64,000 nucleotides of DNA, from the NCBI GenBank assembly GCA_963814035.1, contig CAWFBH010000012.1, forward strand, positions 75,806-139,805, written 5' to 3'. How positions within the stretch are numbered: the stretch's first letter is position 1; each line of letters starts with the position of its first letter. Of this stretch, positions 37,621 to 46,654 are shown piece by piece. The position numbers and the translations under genes were made by a program. The notes below the pieces were generated by a model. The model was not told the origin of the DNA, searched no databases, and saw only the letters and a program-made list of their open reading frames with translations. This DNA is from an uncultured delta proteobacterium (GTDB taxonomy: Bacteria; Desulfobacterota; Binatia; Binatales; Binataceae).

Positions 37621-38769
37621 TTAATTCGCCGCAATGCGCTCGGCGATCAGCTTATCCAGCTCCGTGCGCAGATGCCCAAGCACCTCGTCGTACTTGAAGT
37701 AGCCGAGCTTCTGGTCCTTCTTTTTCAAGTTCACCGTCGTCGGGCCACACCACAGCCCGAGATCGGCATCGTCGGTCTCGCCCGGCCCGTTCACCCGGCA
37801 TCCCATGATGGCGATGGTGATTTTGTACGGCGTCGCGTAGTCGGTCATCACCTTGACCTGCTGCGCCAGTTCGACGAATTGCTCGTTCTCGACTCGCGAG
37901 CAGGACGGACACGAGATGATGTTAAGGCCCTTGCCGAACTCCGGCACCGAGATGAAGCGGCCCGCCTCGACATCCTCGATGATCTTGTGCCCGACGATCA
38001 CTTCCTCGTGCTTGCGCTCGTTGGGAAGCGTCAGCGAGACGCGGATGGTATCGCCGATTTGCTGCGCGAGCAGCTTCTCGAACGCGATGCGCGTCTTGAT
38101 GATACCGTCGGGCGGCAAACCCGCCTCGGTGACGCCCAGGTGAAGCGGCACATCGGGACGCCGCTCGGCAAAGCGCCGATTGGCCTCCATCACCTTGGAT
38201 GGATCGGAATCCTTGAGCGATACCACGAAGCGATCGAAGCCGAAATCTTCCATCAGCTCGCAGTGATACGCGGCCGACTCGACGATCGCCTTGAGCTGGT
38301 CGCCGGGATATTTTTCGAGGAACGAAGGCGCCACGGAGCCGCAATTGACGCCGATCCGAATCGCCACATTGTGGTCGCGCGCCACCTCCACCAGCCACTT
38401 CACCTTTTCGGGTACGGTCTTGCGCTTGTCAATGTGATGCAGATGGCCGGGGTTGTAGCGAATCTTGTCGACATAGGGCGCGACCTTGTCCGCCACCTTG
38501 TAGTTTTCCTGGAGGTCGACCGAAAGCACCACGCCCCTGGTCTGCGCGCGGATCTCCTTCAGCGCGGCCGCATCCTTTTCGTTGTCGACCGCGATCCTGA
38601 CGATGCCGGCGCCCGCATTGGCGAGCTGATGCGACTGCTTCACGGTTTCATCGATATCGGTGGTGCGGGTCGCGCACATCGATTGCACGACGATTGGCGC
38701 ATCGCCACCGACCTTGGTTCCGCCGATGTCGATCTTTCTGGTCTTACGGAAGTTCGTCTGAGGCTCCAT
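37621..38769 (-). CDS. ispG: 4-hydroxy-3-methylbut-2-en-1-yl diphosphate synthase (flavodoxin)
   Basis: [17 protein letters not shown], and C-terminal Cys motifs [19 protein letters not shown]. Confidence 0.95.
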   Translation of the reverse strand: MEPQTNFRKTRKIDIGGTKVGGDAPIVVQSMCATRTTDIDETVKQSHQLANAGAGIVRIAVDNEKDAAALKEIRAQTRGVVLSVDLQENYKVADKVAPYVDKIRYNPGHLHHIDKRKTVPEKVKWLVEVARDHNVAIRIGVNCGSVAPSFLEKYPGDQLKAIVESAAYHCELMEDFGFDRFVVSLKDSDPSKVMEANRRFAERRPDVPLHLGVTEAGLPPDGIIKTRIAFEKLLAQQIGDTIRVSLTLPNERKHEEVIVGHKIIEDVEAGRFISVPEFGKGLNIISCPSCSRVENEQFVELAQQVKVMTDYATPYKITIAIMGCRVNGPGETDDADLGLWCGPTTVNLKKKDQKLGYFKYDEVLGHLRTELDKLIAERIAAN

Positions 38770-39333
38770 CTGACTCCGCTTGATTGCTCGGTTCCGGAAG
38801 TTGTGTGTGATGAAATGGTCGTTGCAACTATACCAAATCGGCGGATCTACAACATCGCGATCGACGCCTCGGCTGGGGGAATTTTGCAGGCGAACTGTAG
38901 TATGCGGATAAGATCGCTCGATTAATTCTGCATTAAAACTGTCGATAGACGGGCTTATCTAATTCCGCTCGTTGGGATGGGTCCGTACACTGGTGCGCAC
39001 GGCGCGTTGATAGGCTGCGGGTCGCGGTGTCGCTCCGGCATTTATGTAGCCGGGACCGAGATCTACGGAGCGTCCATTCAGAACGAGCGTTCCATTTATA
39101 TATGGGTAAATCGACAAAATTGACCGCGTTTCCATCCGTTAAACATCCTCTAATACAGCAGCCTGGAGCGCGATTGCTTGCAAGTAACCTTAGACCTGAT
39201 TATTGTTCCCAATCCGACGATTTACATTAGCTGAACAAAGTGAAATGTTGCGGTCGTGCTAATGTCAGGTCGCGGAATTTTTTCGGCGAGAGTGACCCCG
39301 AAAAGGGCGCCTTCGCGAGGAAGGAGCTGAGCG

Positions 39334-39798
39334 ATGTTGGAGGCTCAGGTCGTTAATAAAGCTGCGGATCAGCGGCCTTTCCCGGACGTGATCCTGAAAA
39401 GCCAGTTCTTCGACACCATCGGAAAACGCACCCTCACCAGCGAGCAGCGGCTGATGCTCGCGGTCCTTGCCGATGCGATTAATCTGGTGCAGGAGGGGCA
39501 TCGCTCGCTCAGCCCGCGCAAGCGCAGCTCGTTCTCCGAGGCCAAGAACTGGATCTTTCAGTCCGGGGTTCGATGCCCTCTCTCATTCGAAAACGTTTGC
39601 GATGCGCTCGCGATCGATGCCGACGCGCTGCGCTGGCGGGTCGCCGCACTGATCTCGAGCAATCCCGATGCGATGCCGGCGCCCCTGCGCTTGCGCCTGA
39701 AAGAGGCGAGCCGCGTCCAACGGCTGACGGTCAATCGGGTGCGGCGTCGGGAGCCGCGGCGGAATCGTTTGCGCGCCGCTACCCAGACCTCGGCCTGA
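39334..39798 (+). CDS. hypothetical protein (154 aa)
   Basis: ATG preceded by AGGAAGGAG. Ordinary composition with a basic C-terminus. No family recognised. Confidence 0.5.
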   Translation: MLEAQVVNKAADQRPFPDVILKSQFFDTIGKRTLTSEQRLMLAVLADAINLVQEGHRSLSPRKRSSFSEAKNWIFQSGVRCPLSFENVCDALAIDADALRWRVAALISSNPDAMPAPLRLRLKEASRVQRLTVNRVRRREPRRNRLRAATQTSA

Positions 39799-39806
39799 AT
39801 CTCGCG

Positions 39807-40128
39807 AATTGAAGAGCAGAGCACAGGCAGCCAGACGAAACACCAAGGTAGGAAAAGTGGCGCTCGATCGGTAGGCGCATGATCGAGAGTTCGTGCCGGG
39901 AATCCAGAGCAGATGCGGGGCGCAGCGCCCCTTTTCGACACGAAGGGAAGATCAAGAAGAAACAGGGAGTCTCGACTCATTCTTCGTCTTCTTGATCCTG
40001 CCTTGGTGTACGAGGAGGCGCGCTCCGCGCCGCATCTGCTGTCCGATTCTTCGGGCCACAGCCCCTTGATCCCGCGCCGACAAACTGAACACCACTTGTT
40101 CTACCTTGGTGTCTTGGTGTTCTGTCTG
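39807..40128. repeat. long self-complementary intergenic repeat, copy 1 (MITE-like)
   Basis: Begins AATTGAAGAG and ends CCTTGGTGTCTTGGTGTTCTGTCTG. It is an imperfect palindrome centred near 39970 (GATCAAGAAGA / TCTTCTTGATC) and aligns with 41390..41718. Confidence 0.75.
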
Positions 40129-40130
40129 AT

Positions 40131-41450
40131 ATGCCTCCTGTCCGCGATGACTCGATTGGCGCCGCTATCTACGTCGTTGCGATCGCTGGCATCGCCTATC
40201 TCATCGTAATCCTGGTTCAGCTACCGGGCGGATCGCGACGCGGCGATTTCAGTATCTACTACGCATGCGCGGTCGCGATGCGTCGCGGTCTCGACCCCTA
40301 CGCGATCAATCTGAGGGACTTCACGCGCGAACTTGGCCTGGAGCCGGATCCCTTCGCGCATCCTGCCGATACGCCCGCGTTTACCCTGATGACGGAACCG
40401 ATGGCGCTGATGTCGCCTCGGGCCGCGTACGCGCTATGGACCCTCGCAAGTTTCTTATGTCTCGCCGGGTCGCTGTACCTGCTGTTCGGACCGGCCGCGC
40501 GACTCGATAGAAAATCATTGCTGCTGTTCTCGCTCGCCACCCTCGGATTCACACCCCTCGCCGACAACTTTCGATGGGCCCAGAGTCAGGTCTTCGCGCT
40601 GTTTGGAGTGTTGCTGTTTTTTCGATTGATGCTGCGTCGTCGTGACGCTCCCGCCGCCGCGTTTTTGGCGGCGCTGGGACTGCTGCGAGGGTTTCCACTG
40701 GTGCTGGGCGGCTATCTGATCGCGCAATGGCGATGGCGCGCGATCTCATTCCTGGCGATCGCGTTCGTGGCCGGAGCCGCGGCGACGATCGCAATTATGG
40801 GAGCGGCGCCGGTAGAGAATTTTCTCCGTATCATCGGACTCATCGGCGGGCATCAATGGTTCTCACTGGAATCGCGATGGGCAATCGCGCCGGCGAATGT
40901 CTCGCTGGACGCATTCGTGGCACGCCCTCTGATGCTCATCTTCGGCGCCGATCTTCCGCGCCGGTTGGCGCTCCTTCGTCGGACCATGGTCCTTTCATTT
41001 CAACTGGCGATTCTCGTGATAACGTTTCGAACGACGATACACAAAAGAGACGATGCTGGGGCGCGCAGTTTCTCGCTCTGGGTTGCGACGATGCTGATTC
41101 TCACGCCCGTGGTATGGCTCCATTACATGGTCCTGCTGCTGATTCCCCTGGGCATGATCGCCGTAGCTGCAGCTCGAGGCGAAGTCGGCGCGCAGGTCTG
41201 GCGATTCGCGATGGCGAGTTACTGTCTGATCGTGCTTGCGACGCCGCTGATGTCGACCCTGACCTTCCGTAAGGACATCTTCGATTGGCGAGTGAGCGCG
41301 GTCGCGGAGCTGGGATTCGTGACACTTTTCTCTGCCTGGATCGCTGCATGGCGCTTCGCCACGGAGCCTTCTGGGGCTGGATCGCGACAAATTGAAGAGA
41401 AGAGCCCAGACAAAACACCAAGACACCAAGGTCGGACCAGTGTCGCTTGA
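40131..41450 (+). CDS. polytopic membrane glycosyltransferase, GT87/DUF2029-like (paralog of 10633..11874)
   Basis: GDFSIYYACAVAMRRGLDPYAINL motif followed by about 10 or more TM segments. The last ~20 codons lie inside repeat copy 2. Confidence 0.6.
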   Translation: MPPVRDDSIGAAIYVVAIAGIAYLIVILVQLPGGSRRGDFSIYYACAVAMRRGLDPYAINLRDFTRELGLEPDPFAHPADTPAFTLMTEPMALMSPRAAYALWTLASFLCLAGSLYLLFGPAARLDRKSLLLFSLATLGFTPLADNFRWAQSQVFALFGVLLFFRLMLRRRDAPAAAFLAALGLLRGFPLVLGGYLIAQWRWRAISFLAIAFVAGAAATIAIMGAAPVENFLRIIGLIGGHQWFSLESRWAIAPANVSLDAFVARPLMLIFGADLPRRLALLRRTMVLSFQLAILVITFRTTIHKRDDAGARSFSLWVATMLILTPVVWLHYMVLLLIPLGMIAVAAARGEVGAQVWRFAMASYCLIVLATPLMSTLTFRKDIFDWRVSAVAELGFVTLFSAWIAAWRFATEPSGAGSRQIEEKSPDKTPRHQGRTSVA

Positions 41451-41718
41451 TCGGTAGGCGCATGATCAAGGATTCGTGGCGAGAATTCAGAAGCAGATGC
41501 CGGGCGCAGCGCCCCTTTTCGACACGAAGGGAAGAGCCACGAAGAAGTGGAATTTCCCGGCTTCTTCGCCTTCTTGATCCTCCCTTGGTGTACGAGGAGG
41601 GGCGCTGCGGCCCGCATCTGATGGCTGCTCTTCATGGCACGATTTCTTGATCATGCGCCTAACCAGAAACCCTCACTTGTCTTACCTTGGTGTCTTGGTG
41701 TTTTGTCTGGTTCTCTTC
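41390..41718. repeat. long self-complementary intergenic repeat, copy 2 (MITE-like)
   Basis: Symmetric about 41554. The outer arm 41394..41432 matches the reverse complement of 41684..41718 at 35 of 39 positions. Inner arms are GGTAGGCGCATGATCAAG / CTTGATCATGCGCCTAACC, and the apex is CGAAGAAG-13nt-CTTCTTCG. Confidence 0.8.
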
Positions 41719-43364
41719 TCTACGGCAGTTTTTTTCGGAAGCATCAGGTAGGGAGGACCCACTCCCGGCACGATTTCGTAGTTAGCCTCGATGGCGCGGC
41801 GGAGCCGCGGCCAGAAGAGTGGCCGCCCACGAAAGTTGCGAGCCAGTCGCTCCTCGTCGAGCGCGAAGGCCGCAACCTGGTGTCTCCAGATGACGTCAAG
41901 CAGCGGTTTGTCGTCGAAGGCGCCGAGCTCCACCATCGAGGTGAGCACCATCAGATCGATCCATTGCAGATTCTCGCGCTCATCGACGAGCTTCAGCTCA
42001 GCCGCATCCGTCAGGATCGTTCCGTTGGTGGATCGAAGGATTTCGAGCGCGCGAGGATCCCAGGGAGCGGTGCCGGCAATATCGCAGTGCGTCGAGGGAG
42101 ACGCGATCTCGCGCGAGCTCATCGCGAATGGTTGCGGCGCCAGGATGAAACCGAGGGCGAGCAGCAGCGCCAGCACTATTGCGGCTGCCACTTGCGGGAT
42201 TGGGGCCCATGGTCGCGTCCATTCTAGCGCCAGGTCGATTCCGCCGCTCGCAACGATGGTTAAGACTGCCAGCAAAGGCAGAAAGTAATAGGCATTACTC
42301 CCCCAGCGCAGACACGATGCGACGTCGTGAACTGCCGCAACGATCAACAGGCATACGATCATCCGGTCGGCCATTCGCCGCCGCATCAGCGCGACCATCG
42401 CGAAAATCGTGATGCCGAGATCCGCTCCGAACAGGATGGTCAGAAACAGCGCCGGCGCCCCGAGGTCCAGGTTCATCGTGCGCACCGCGCCGAATGCATT
42501 GAGCAAATAGTATGGATAAAGGTCCGCGAGGAGCATGGTTCCCGCGATCACCAGGGCGAGCCAAACCATCGCGAGAGTGATCGCTTGGCGTCGCTGCCCC
42601 GATATCCAGCAGAAGAGCACTACGGTGGCGATGCCGACCGCATGCGCCTGCTTGATGAAGAAGCTCGCGACGAACAGCGCCATCGCGATCGCGCTCGCGC
42701 CGCCGACGAAAGCGACCAGGCCGGTCAGCTCGCAGGCCAGCGCCGGCATGTCCACGCGATATTCGAAACCCCAGCGCAACACGAGCGGGGAGAGCATGAA
42801 CGCCAGCGCCGCGAGCAGCGATGCGCCACGGCTCGATCCTATCCGCCGCGCGAGGATGAAGATCATGATGCATACGATGAGCGTCGATCCGATAGTCACC
42901 GACCTGCCGGCCTCCAACGCGGCCATGGGTCCCGCTCCGAACATCGGGGCGAGCTTGCCGGTCAACGATGGAACGATCGGCCCATAAACCAGCGGGATGA
43001 ATGGCGCGATGCGAAAATCACGGTAAAGCGGCGCGCCGTTCGCAAACAGGTCGACATGGATCGCGAGCTGTGCCGGCCCGTAGTCCCAGGTGGCCGGCAT
43101 CGCGATGCGACAGACCCAACCCTGCATCGTGCGCAGCGCGAGGATCAGCATCGCGAGGATTGCGACGCCCTCCCCGAGGTCAAACCTCGATACCCATGGG
43201 TTCCGATTTGGCGTGGCCGATGAACTCACGCGCGCAAATGTGACAGAATGATTGCTGCTTGCGCACCTTGAAGCAACGCGAGTACGAGCTAATCCAAATG
43301 AGTCGCGATGCGCCTCGACCAACATCGAATCGCTAACGCTACTGCGGGTCATGATTGCGACCAA
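41682..43364 (-). CDS. large polytopic membrane protein, putative GT-C-fold glycosyltransferase (ArnT/PMT-like)
   Basis: About 11 or more TM segments with an APLYRDFRIAPFIPLVYGPIVP loop, then a C-terminal soluble domain. The start is uncertain; 43364 is the upper bound. The last ~12 codons lie in repeat copy 2. Confidence 0.5.
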   Translation of the reverse strand: MVAIMTRSSVSDSMLVEAHRDSFGLARTRVASRCASSNHSVTFARVSSSATPNRNPWVSRFDLGEGVAILAMLILALRTMQGWVCRIAMPATWDYGPAQLAIHVDLFANGAPLYRDFRIAPFIPLVYGPIVPSLTGKLAPMFGAGPMAALEAGRSVTIGSTLIVCIMIFILARRIGSSRGASLLAALAFMLSPLVLRWGFEYRVDMPALACELTGLVAFVGGASAIAMALFVASFFIKQAHAVGIATVVLFCWISGQRRQAITLAMVWLALVIAGTMLLADLYPYYLLNAFGAVRTMNLDLGAPALFLTILFGADLGITIFAMVALMRRRMADRMIVCLLIVAAVHDVASCLRWGSNAYYFLPLLAVLTIVASGGIDLALEWTRPWAPIPQVAAAIVLALLLALGFILAPQPFAMSSREIASPSTHCDIAGTAPWDPRALEILRSTNGTILTDAAELKLVDERENLQWIDLMVLTSMVELGAFDDKPLLDVIWRHQVAAFALDEERLARNFRGRPLFWPRLRRAIEANYEIVPGVGPPYLMLPKKTAVEKRTRQNTKTPR

Positions 43365-43493
43365 CTGCGATGAATGGTCCCCCGGCGAGCGTCGTCGCTC
43401 CTACGTGGGTCGCCTGCCGGCGCGGCTTATTCCCCGAGCGGGCGAAAATTCCTGATCCTCTTCACCCTCAACCTGCATAAAGGAGTGTTTCGT

Positions 43494-43946
43494 ATGTCTA
43501 CCGTCGAAAAATCAATTGATGTGAACGTTCCGATCAGTACCGCCTACAACCAGTGGACCCAGTTCGAAGAGTTTCCGCATTTCATGGAGGGTGTGAAGTC
43601 GGTACGTCAGCTCGACGACAAGCGGCTCCACTGGAAAACGCAGGTCGCCGGCAAGGAAATGGACTTCGACGCGGTCATCGATCAGCAGGTTCCCGATCAG
43701 CGCATCGCGTGGCATTCGACGATCGGACCCAAGCAGGGTGGGGTGGTCACCTTCCATCGCCTCGGGGACGACAAGACCCGCATCATGCTGCAAATGGAAT
43801 ACGACCCGCAGGGATTCGTCGAAAAGACCGGCGACATGGTCGGCGTGGTATCGATGCGAATCAAGGGCGACCTCGACCGCTTCAAGACATTCATCGAAAA
43901 GCGCGGTTCGGAAACCGGCGGATGGCGCGGCGAAGTGCAGCGCTAG
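43494..43946 (+). CDS. SRPBCC (cyclase/dehydrase, polyketide_cyc2-like) family protein
   Basis: Trimmed to ATG 43494 with SD AAGGAG. IDVNVPISTAYNQWTQFEEFPHFMEGV..W..., typical of the family. Confidence 0.8.
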   Translation: MSTVEKSIDVNVPISTAYNQWTQFEEFPHFMEGVKSVRQLDDKRLHWKTQVAGKEMDFDAVIDQQVPDQRIAWHSTIGPKQGGVVTFHRLGDDKTRIMLQMEYDPQGFVEKTGDMVGVVSMRIKGDLDRFKTFIEKRGSETGGWRGEVQR

Positions 43947-43974
43947 CCAACTGAAATCCGTTTCAATGTTCGAC

Positions 43975-44010
43975 GGGCCGGCGATTCGATCGCCGGCCCT
44001 TTCTTTTTTT
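43975..44010 (+). terminator. rho-independent terminator
   Basis: Perfect 11-bp stem GGGCCGGCGAT-TCG-ATCGCCGGCCC followed by TTTCTTTTTTT. Confidence 0.75.
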
Positions 44011-45251
44011 CAGACCGCGGGTGTCAGGACGCGATGAACCGGCGCAAGCAACACGTCGGGACGCAAGCCATACACACATGCGGTCGCGCAGGGCTTCGCG
44101 GTACAGGAGAGGCAAGCCTCGGCGCCCTTGCCGAGTAGCGCATACTCATCGCGCGCGAGGCGCAGATCGCCATAGTCGGCCGCATACATCCGGGTCCGCA
44201 GCACCTCGCCGATCTCGACGCCGGCTGGACATGCGCTTTCGCAAATGCCGCATCCCTGGCGGCATTGCGAGGCCGCGTTGAGATGCTCATAGCGCTGCAG
44301 CAGCGGAATGTCCGCCGCGCCGGTCGCGCGCGCTCCCGACGCGCTGAGGTACTCATCGATCTGCTCGCCGCTGGTCATCGAGACGATTAGCGCATCGACA
44401 TCGGGATTCGACAGCACCCATCGAAACGCCGCCTGCGAAAAGGTCGCGCCGTCTTTTTCATACGGGCGCATATCGTTGAGGCGCGCACCGCGCAGCGTCT
44501 TCATCACCACCACGCCGACGCCCTTCGCCTTGGCCTTTTTGATGACGCGCGGCAGATCGGCCTGGATCGCGACGAAATCGAAGGAACGGAAGTAGCGCTG
44601 ATAAAACGCCGGGTCCTGGCCGAAGTTGTATGCGCACAGGATCACATCGAAGCGGCCCGAATCGATCCCCCAATCGAGGCACTCGATCAGATGGCCGGCG
44701 TGACCCGACATCCCGGTGAAGCGAATCTTGCCTTGCTTCTTCGCGGCGTCGGTGAACTCGTGCCACTCGGGATTCTTGATGCGGTTAACGTCGTTGATCG
44801 CGTGATTGAAGTAGACGTCGACGTGGTCGGTCTGCAGGCGCTTGAGGCTGCCCTCCAGCGACTCCATCATCGAGACTTTCGAATCGGTCGCGCCGGCGAG
44901 CGTCTTGGAGGTCAGGTAAACCTTGTCGCGTTTGCCCTTGAGCGCATTGCCGATGACGGTTTCAGATTCGCCGCCCGAGTAAGTATCGGCGGTATCGAAG
45001 TAGTTGATCCCGCGATCGTAGGCGTGCCGGACGACGTCTTCATCGCCCTGATGGAGACGTGAGCCACCGAGCGAAATATCGGAAATCTTGAGGCCGGTCT
45101 TGCCGAGCGGCGAGTAGCGGCGAACCTCGCCCGGCGGTATCGAGGCGACCGCGTCAGTCGCGCCAAGGATTGGCAGGATGCCGGCGGCGATGGCGCTATG
45201 CTTCAGAAACTCGCGGCGCGTCTGGATGCTCTTCTTCCACGACCAACTCAT
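44010..45251 (-). CDS. aldo/keto reductase with Tat signal and C-terminal Fe-S (Cys-rich) domain
   Basis: Twin-arginine signal TRREFLKHSAIAAG. AKR core GINYFDTADTYSGGESE..YLTSK. C-terminal CRQGCGICESACP...CLSCTAKPCATAC. Confidence 0.85.
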   Translation of the reverse strand: MSWSWKKSIQTRREFLKHSAIAAGILPILGATDAVASIPPGEVRRYSPLGKTGLKISDISLGGSRLHQGDEDVVRHAYDRGINYFDTADTYSGGESETVIGNALKGKRDKVYLTSKTLAGATDSKVSMMESLEGSLKRLQTDHVDVYFNHAINDVNRIKNPEWHEFTDAAKKQGKIRFTGMSGHAGHLIECLDWGIDSGRFDVILCAYNFGQDPAFYQRYFRSFDFVAIQADLPRVIKKAKAKGVGVVVMKTLRGARLNDMRPYEKDGATFSQAAFRWVLSNPDVDALIVSMTSGEQIDEYLSASGARATGAADIPLLQRYEHLNAASQCRQGCGICESACPAGVEIGEVLRTRMYAADYGDLRLARDEYALLGKGAEACLSCTAKPCATACVYGLRPDVLLAPVHRVLTPAV

Positions 45252-45549
45252 ATGAAGGTTACCGCCTCGCGGGGGGATGGTTATCTGGAGACGTTAGCGC
45301 GGCGGATCGGCTACGGAAAGCAGCCGCGACTCTGATTTTTGCCGGTGAATTAGAGCGGGTTTCGGAGAGCGATGGTTGACTGGAAAACAGCGTACATAAT
45401 GTAGGCATCGTGTAGAGTTTTTAGCCATGCCGAGCGCAAAATCAGTGAGTCATCGGCCCACCGTCGCGTCAATTCCGTTCATCCAGCACCCGAAAAACAT
45501 CTTCACGGCCCTATTGACTGATTGTAGGATAACTATAACAATTCGAAGT

Positions 45550-45972
45550 ATGTCTAGCGGCGTAACCGTGAGTGAAGAAACGGCCAGAAGAGTTCCGGCG
45601 CGATCTGCCTTCGCGCCGATGCCGCTCTCATCGGGCCGCCATGCGCATCATTGCCTCGCCTGCGGCGCAAAGTACGAATGTCGCGGGCCCGAAGAAATCG
45701 GCTACTGCGCCCCGGTTTGCCCGCCTTGCTACTGGATCGAACTCGGCTCGCAACTTCGCATCTACAAGCAAGTGGTGAGCGAGCTGGAGCGCAAACGCAG
45801 CGGCATCGAGCGGCGCATCGGAAAAGATATTTGCAAGACCGCCGCGGCGCGCCGACGCAAGTTGAAAACCGACGCCAGCCTGCTGGTGGCGTTTGGAAAT
45901 CTATTGAGTACGCAGTCGACCTTATCGGGGGAACCGTGCTCAGAGGGCCAAGGAGGAGGCTCGCATGATTGA
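45550..45972 (+). CDS. hypothetical Cys-rich (zinc-ribbon-like) protein
   Basis: Trimmed to ATG 45550. HHCLACGAKYECRGPEEIGYCAPVCPPCYW, then a helical basic region. Its stop overlaps the XRE start (ATGATTGA). Confidence 0.5.
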   Translation: MSSGVTVSEETARRVPARSAFAPMPLSSGRHAHHCLACGAKYECRGPEEIGYCAPVCPPCYWIELGSQLRIYKQVVSELERKRSGIERRIGKDICKTAAARRRKLKTDASLLVAFGNLLSTQSTLSGEPCSEGQGGGSHD

Positions 45973-46393
45973 CACAAGCAGTTTCGGTCAGATGATTCGC
46001 GACCGAAGACGCCAACTGGAACTCACCCAGGACGAACTGGCGCGGCGCATCCGCACCTCGACGCCGTACATCGGGCACATCGAGTCGGGCAAGCGCCATC
46101 CGTCGGACGAGATCCTGACGCGCATCGCGGACGTGCTGGGCTTCGATCGGCGCGAACTGTTTTTCATCGCGAATCCGAATGCCAAGGCGATGCTGACGCC
46201 GAAATCGGAGGCATCGGAGGTGTCGGCGTGGGACGAATTTCGTGCCGATCAGCAGCTTCATCAGCTGCATCAGATCAATCGACGCGAACTCGATATGCTC
46301 TCGCAGGTGGCGATGATGGGTGAAGTCCGCAGTTCGCGCGATTTCATCTACATCCTGAACACGATCCGTCAGTCGCTGGTAGCCACGGTCTGA
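45965..46393 (+). CDS. XRE family helix-turn-helix transcriptional regulator
   Basis: FGQMIRDRRRQLELTQDELARRIRTSTPYIGHIESGKRHPS HTH_3-type motif, plus a ~70-aa C-terminal extension. Confidence 0.85.
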   Translation: MIDTSSFGQMIRDRRRQLELTQDELARRIRTSTPYIGHIESGKRHPSDEILTRIADVLGFDRRELFFIANPNAKAMLTPKSEASEVSAWDEFRADQQLHQLHQINRRELDMLSQVAMMGEVRSSRDFIYILNTIRQSLVATV

Positions 46394-46609
46394 CGGATCG
46401 AAACGAGAAGAGCGCTGCAATTTGACGCTTCAAAGTTAAATGAATCAGTGAAAATGGAAATATTTCTGATGCCTAAAGAATGGGCATTAAAAGGGAGGGC
46501 GAACTATAGGTGGTTACAATTGATGCCCTGATGGTCGATTAGTGGGGGGCTATGCCTCCCTACGCCGCTACCGCCCATTTTTGCTCGATGCAACAAATGG
46601 TAGGGGATA

Positions 46610-46637
46610 TTGACACATCGTCGCATCTGCGTAATTC
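46610..46637 (+). promoter_or_regulatory. candidate sigma70-type promoter for the ImmA/IrrE gene
   Basis: TTGACA (46610..46615), a 16-nt spacer, then TAATTC (46632..46637), 18 nt before ATG 46655. Pattern match only. Confidence 0.3.
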
Positions 46638-46654
46638 CTAAAGTCGTTCCTATT

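Noticed and set aside
37594-38925. 443-aa plus-strand ORF antisense to ispG.
   Set aside because: Same reasoning as above. IspG on the minus strand is complete and conserved, and the antisense product has a biased composition (R/H/D/L) with no recognisable domain.
39565-39580. GGGGTTCGATGCCCTC, resembling a tRNA T-arm/T-loop.
   Set aside because: No acceptor, D or anticodon arms can be built around it, and it lies inside ORF 39334..39798. No tRNA is called.
39913-41650. Small ORFs inside the palindromic repeats (39913..40209, 39558..39980, 41447..41650, 41219..41635, 41634..42227) that give similar peptides, for example LLDPALVYEE and LLDPPLVYEE.
   Set aside because: The peptide similarity simply follows from the DNA repeat and its self-complementarity. 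The ORFs lack SD sequences and sensible starts, and they read through palindrome arms, so they are treated as non-coding.
39807-41718. Interpretation of the two palindromic repeats as integron attC sites or as a CRISPR array.
   Set aside because: As I recall, attC sites are about 60-140 bp and come with a nearby intI/attI; these elements are about 325 bp and no integrase is present. There are only two copies, about 1.26 kb apart with a full gene between them, and no short regular spacers, so this is not a CRISPR array.
45514-45541. TTGACT ... TATAAC/TAACAA as a promoter for the Zn-ribbon gene.
   Set aside because: The spacing to TATAAC is only 14 nt, and the 16-nt alternative (TAACAA) is a poor -10 element. 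This is too weak to call.
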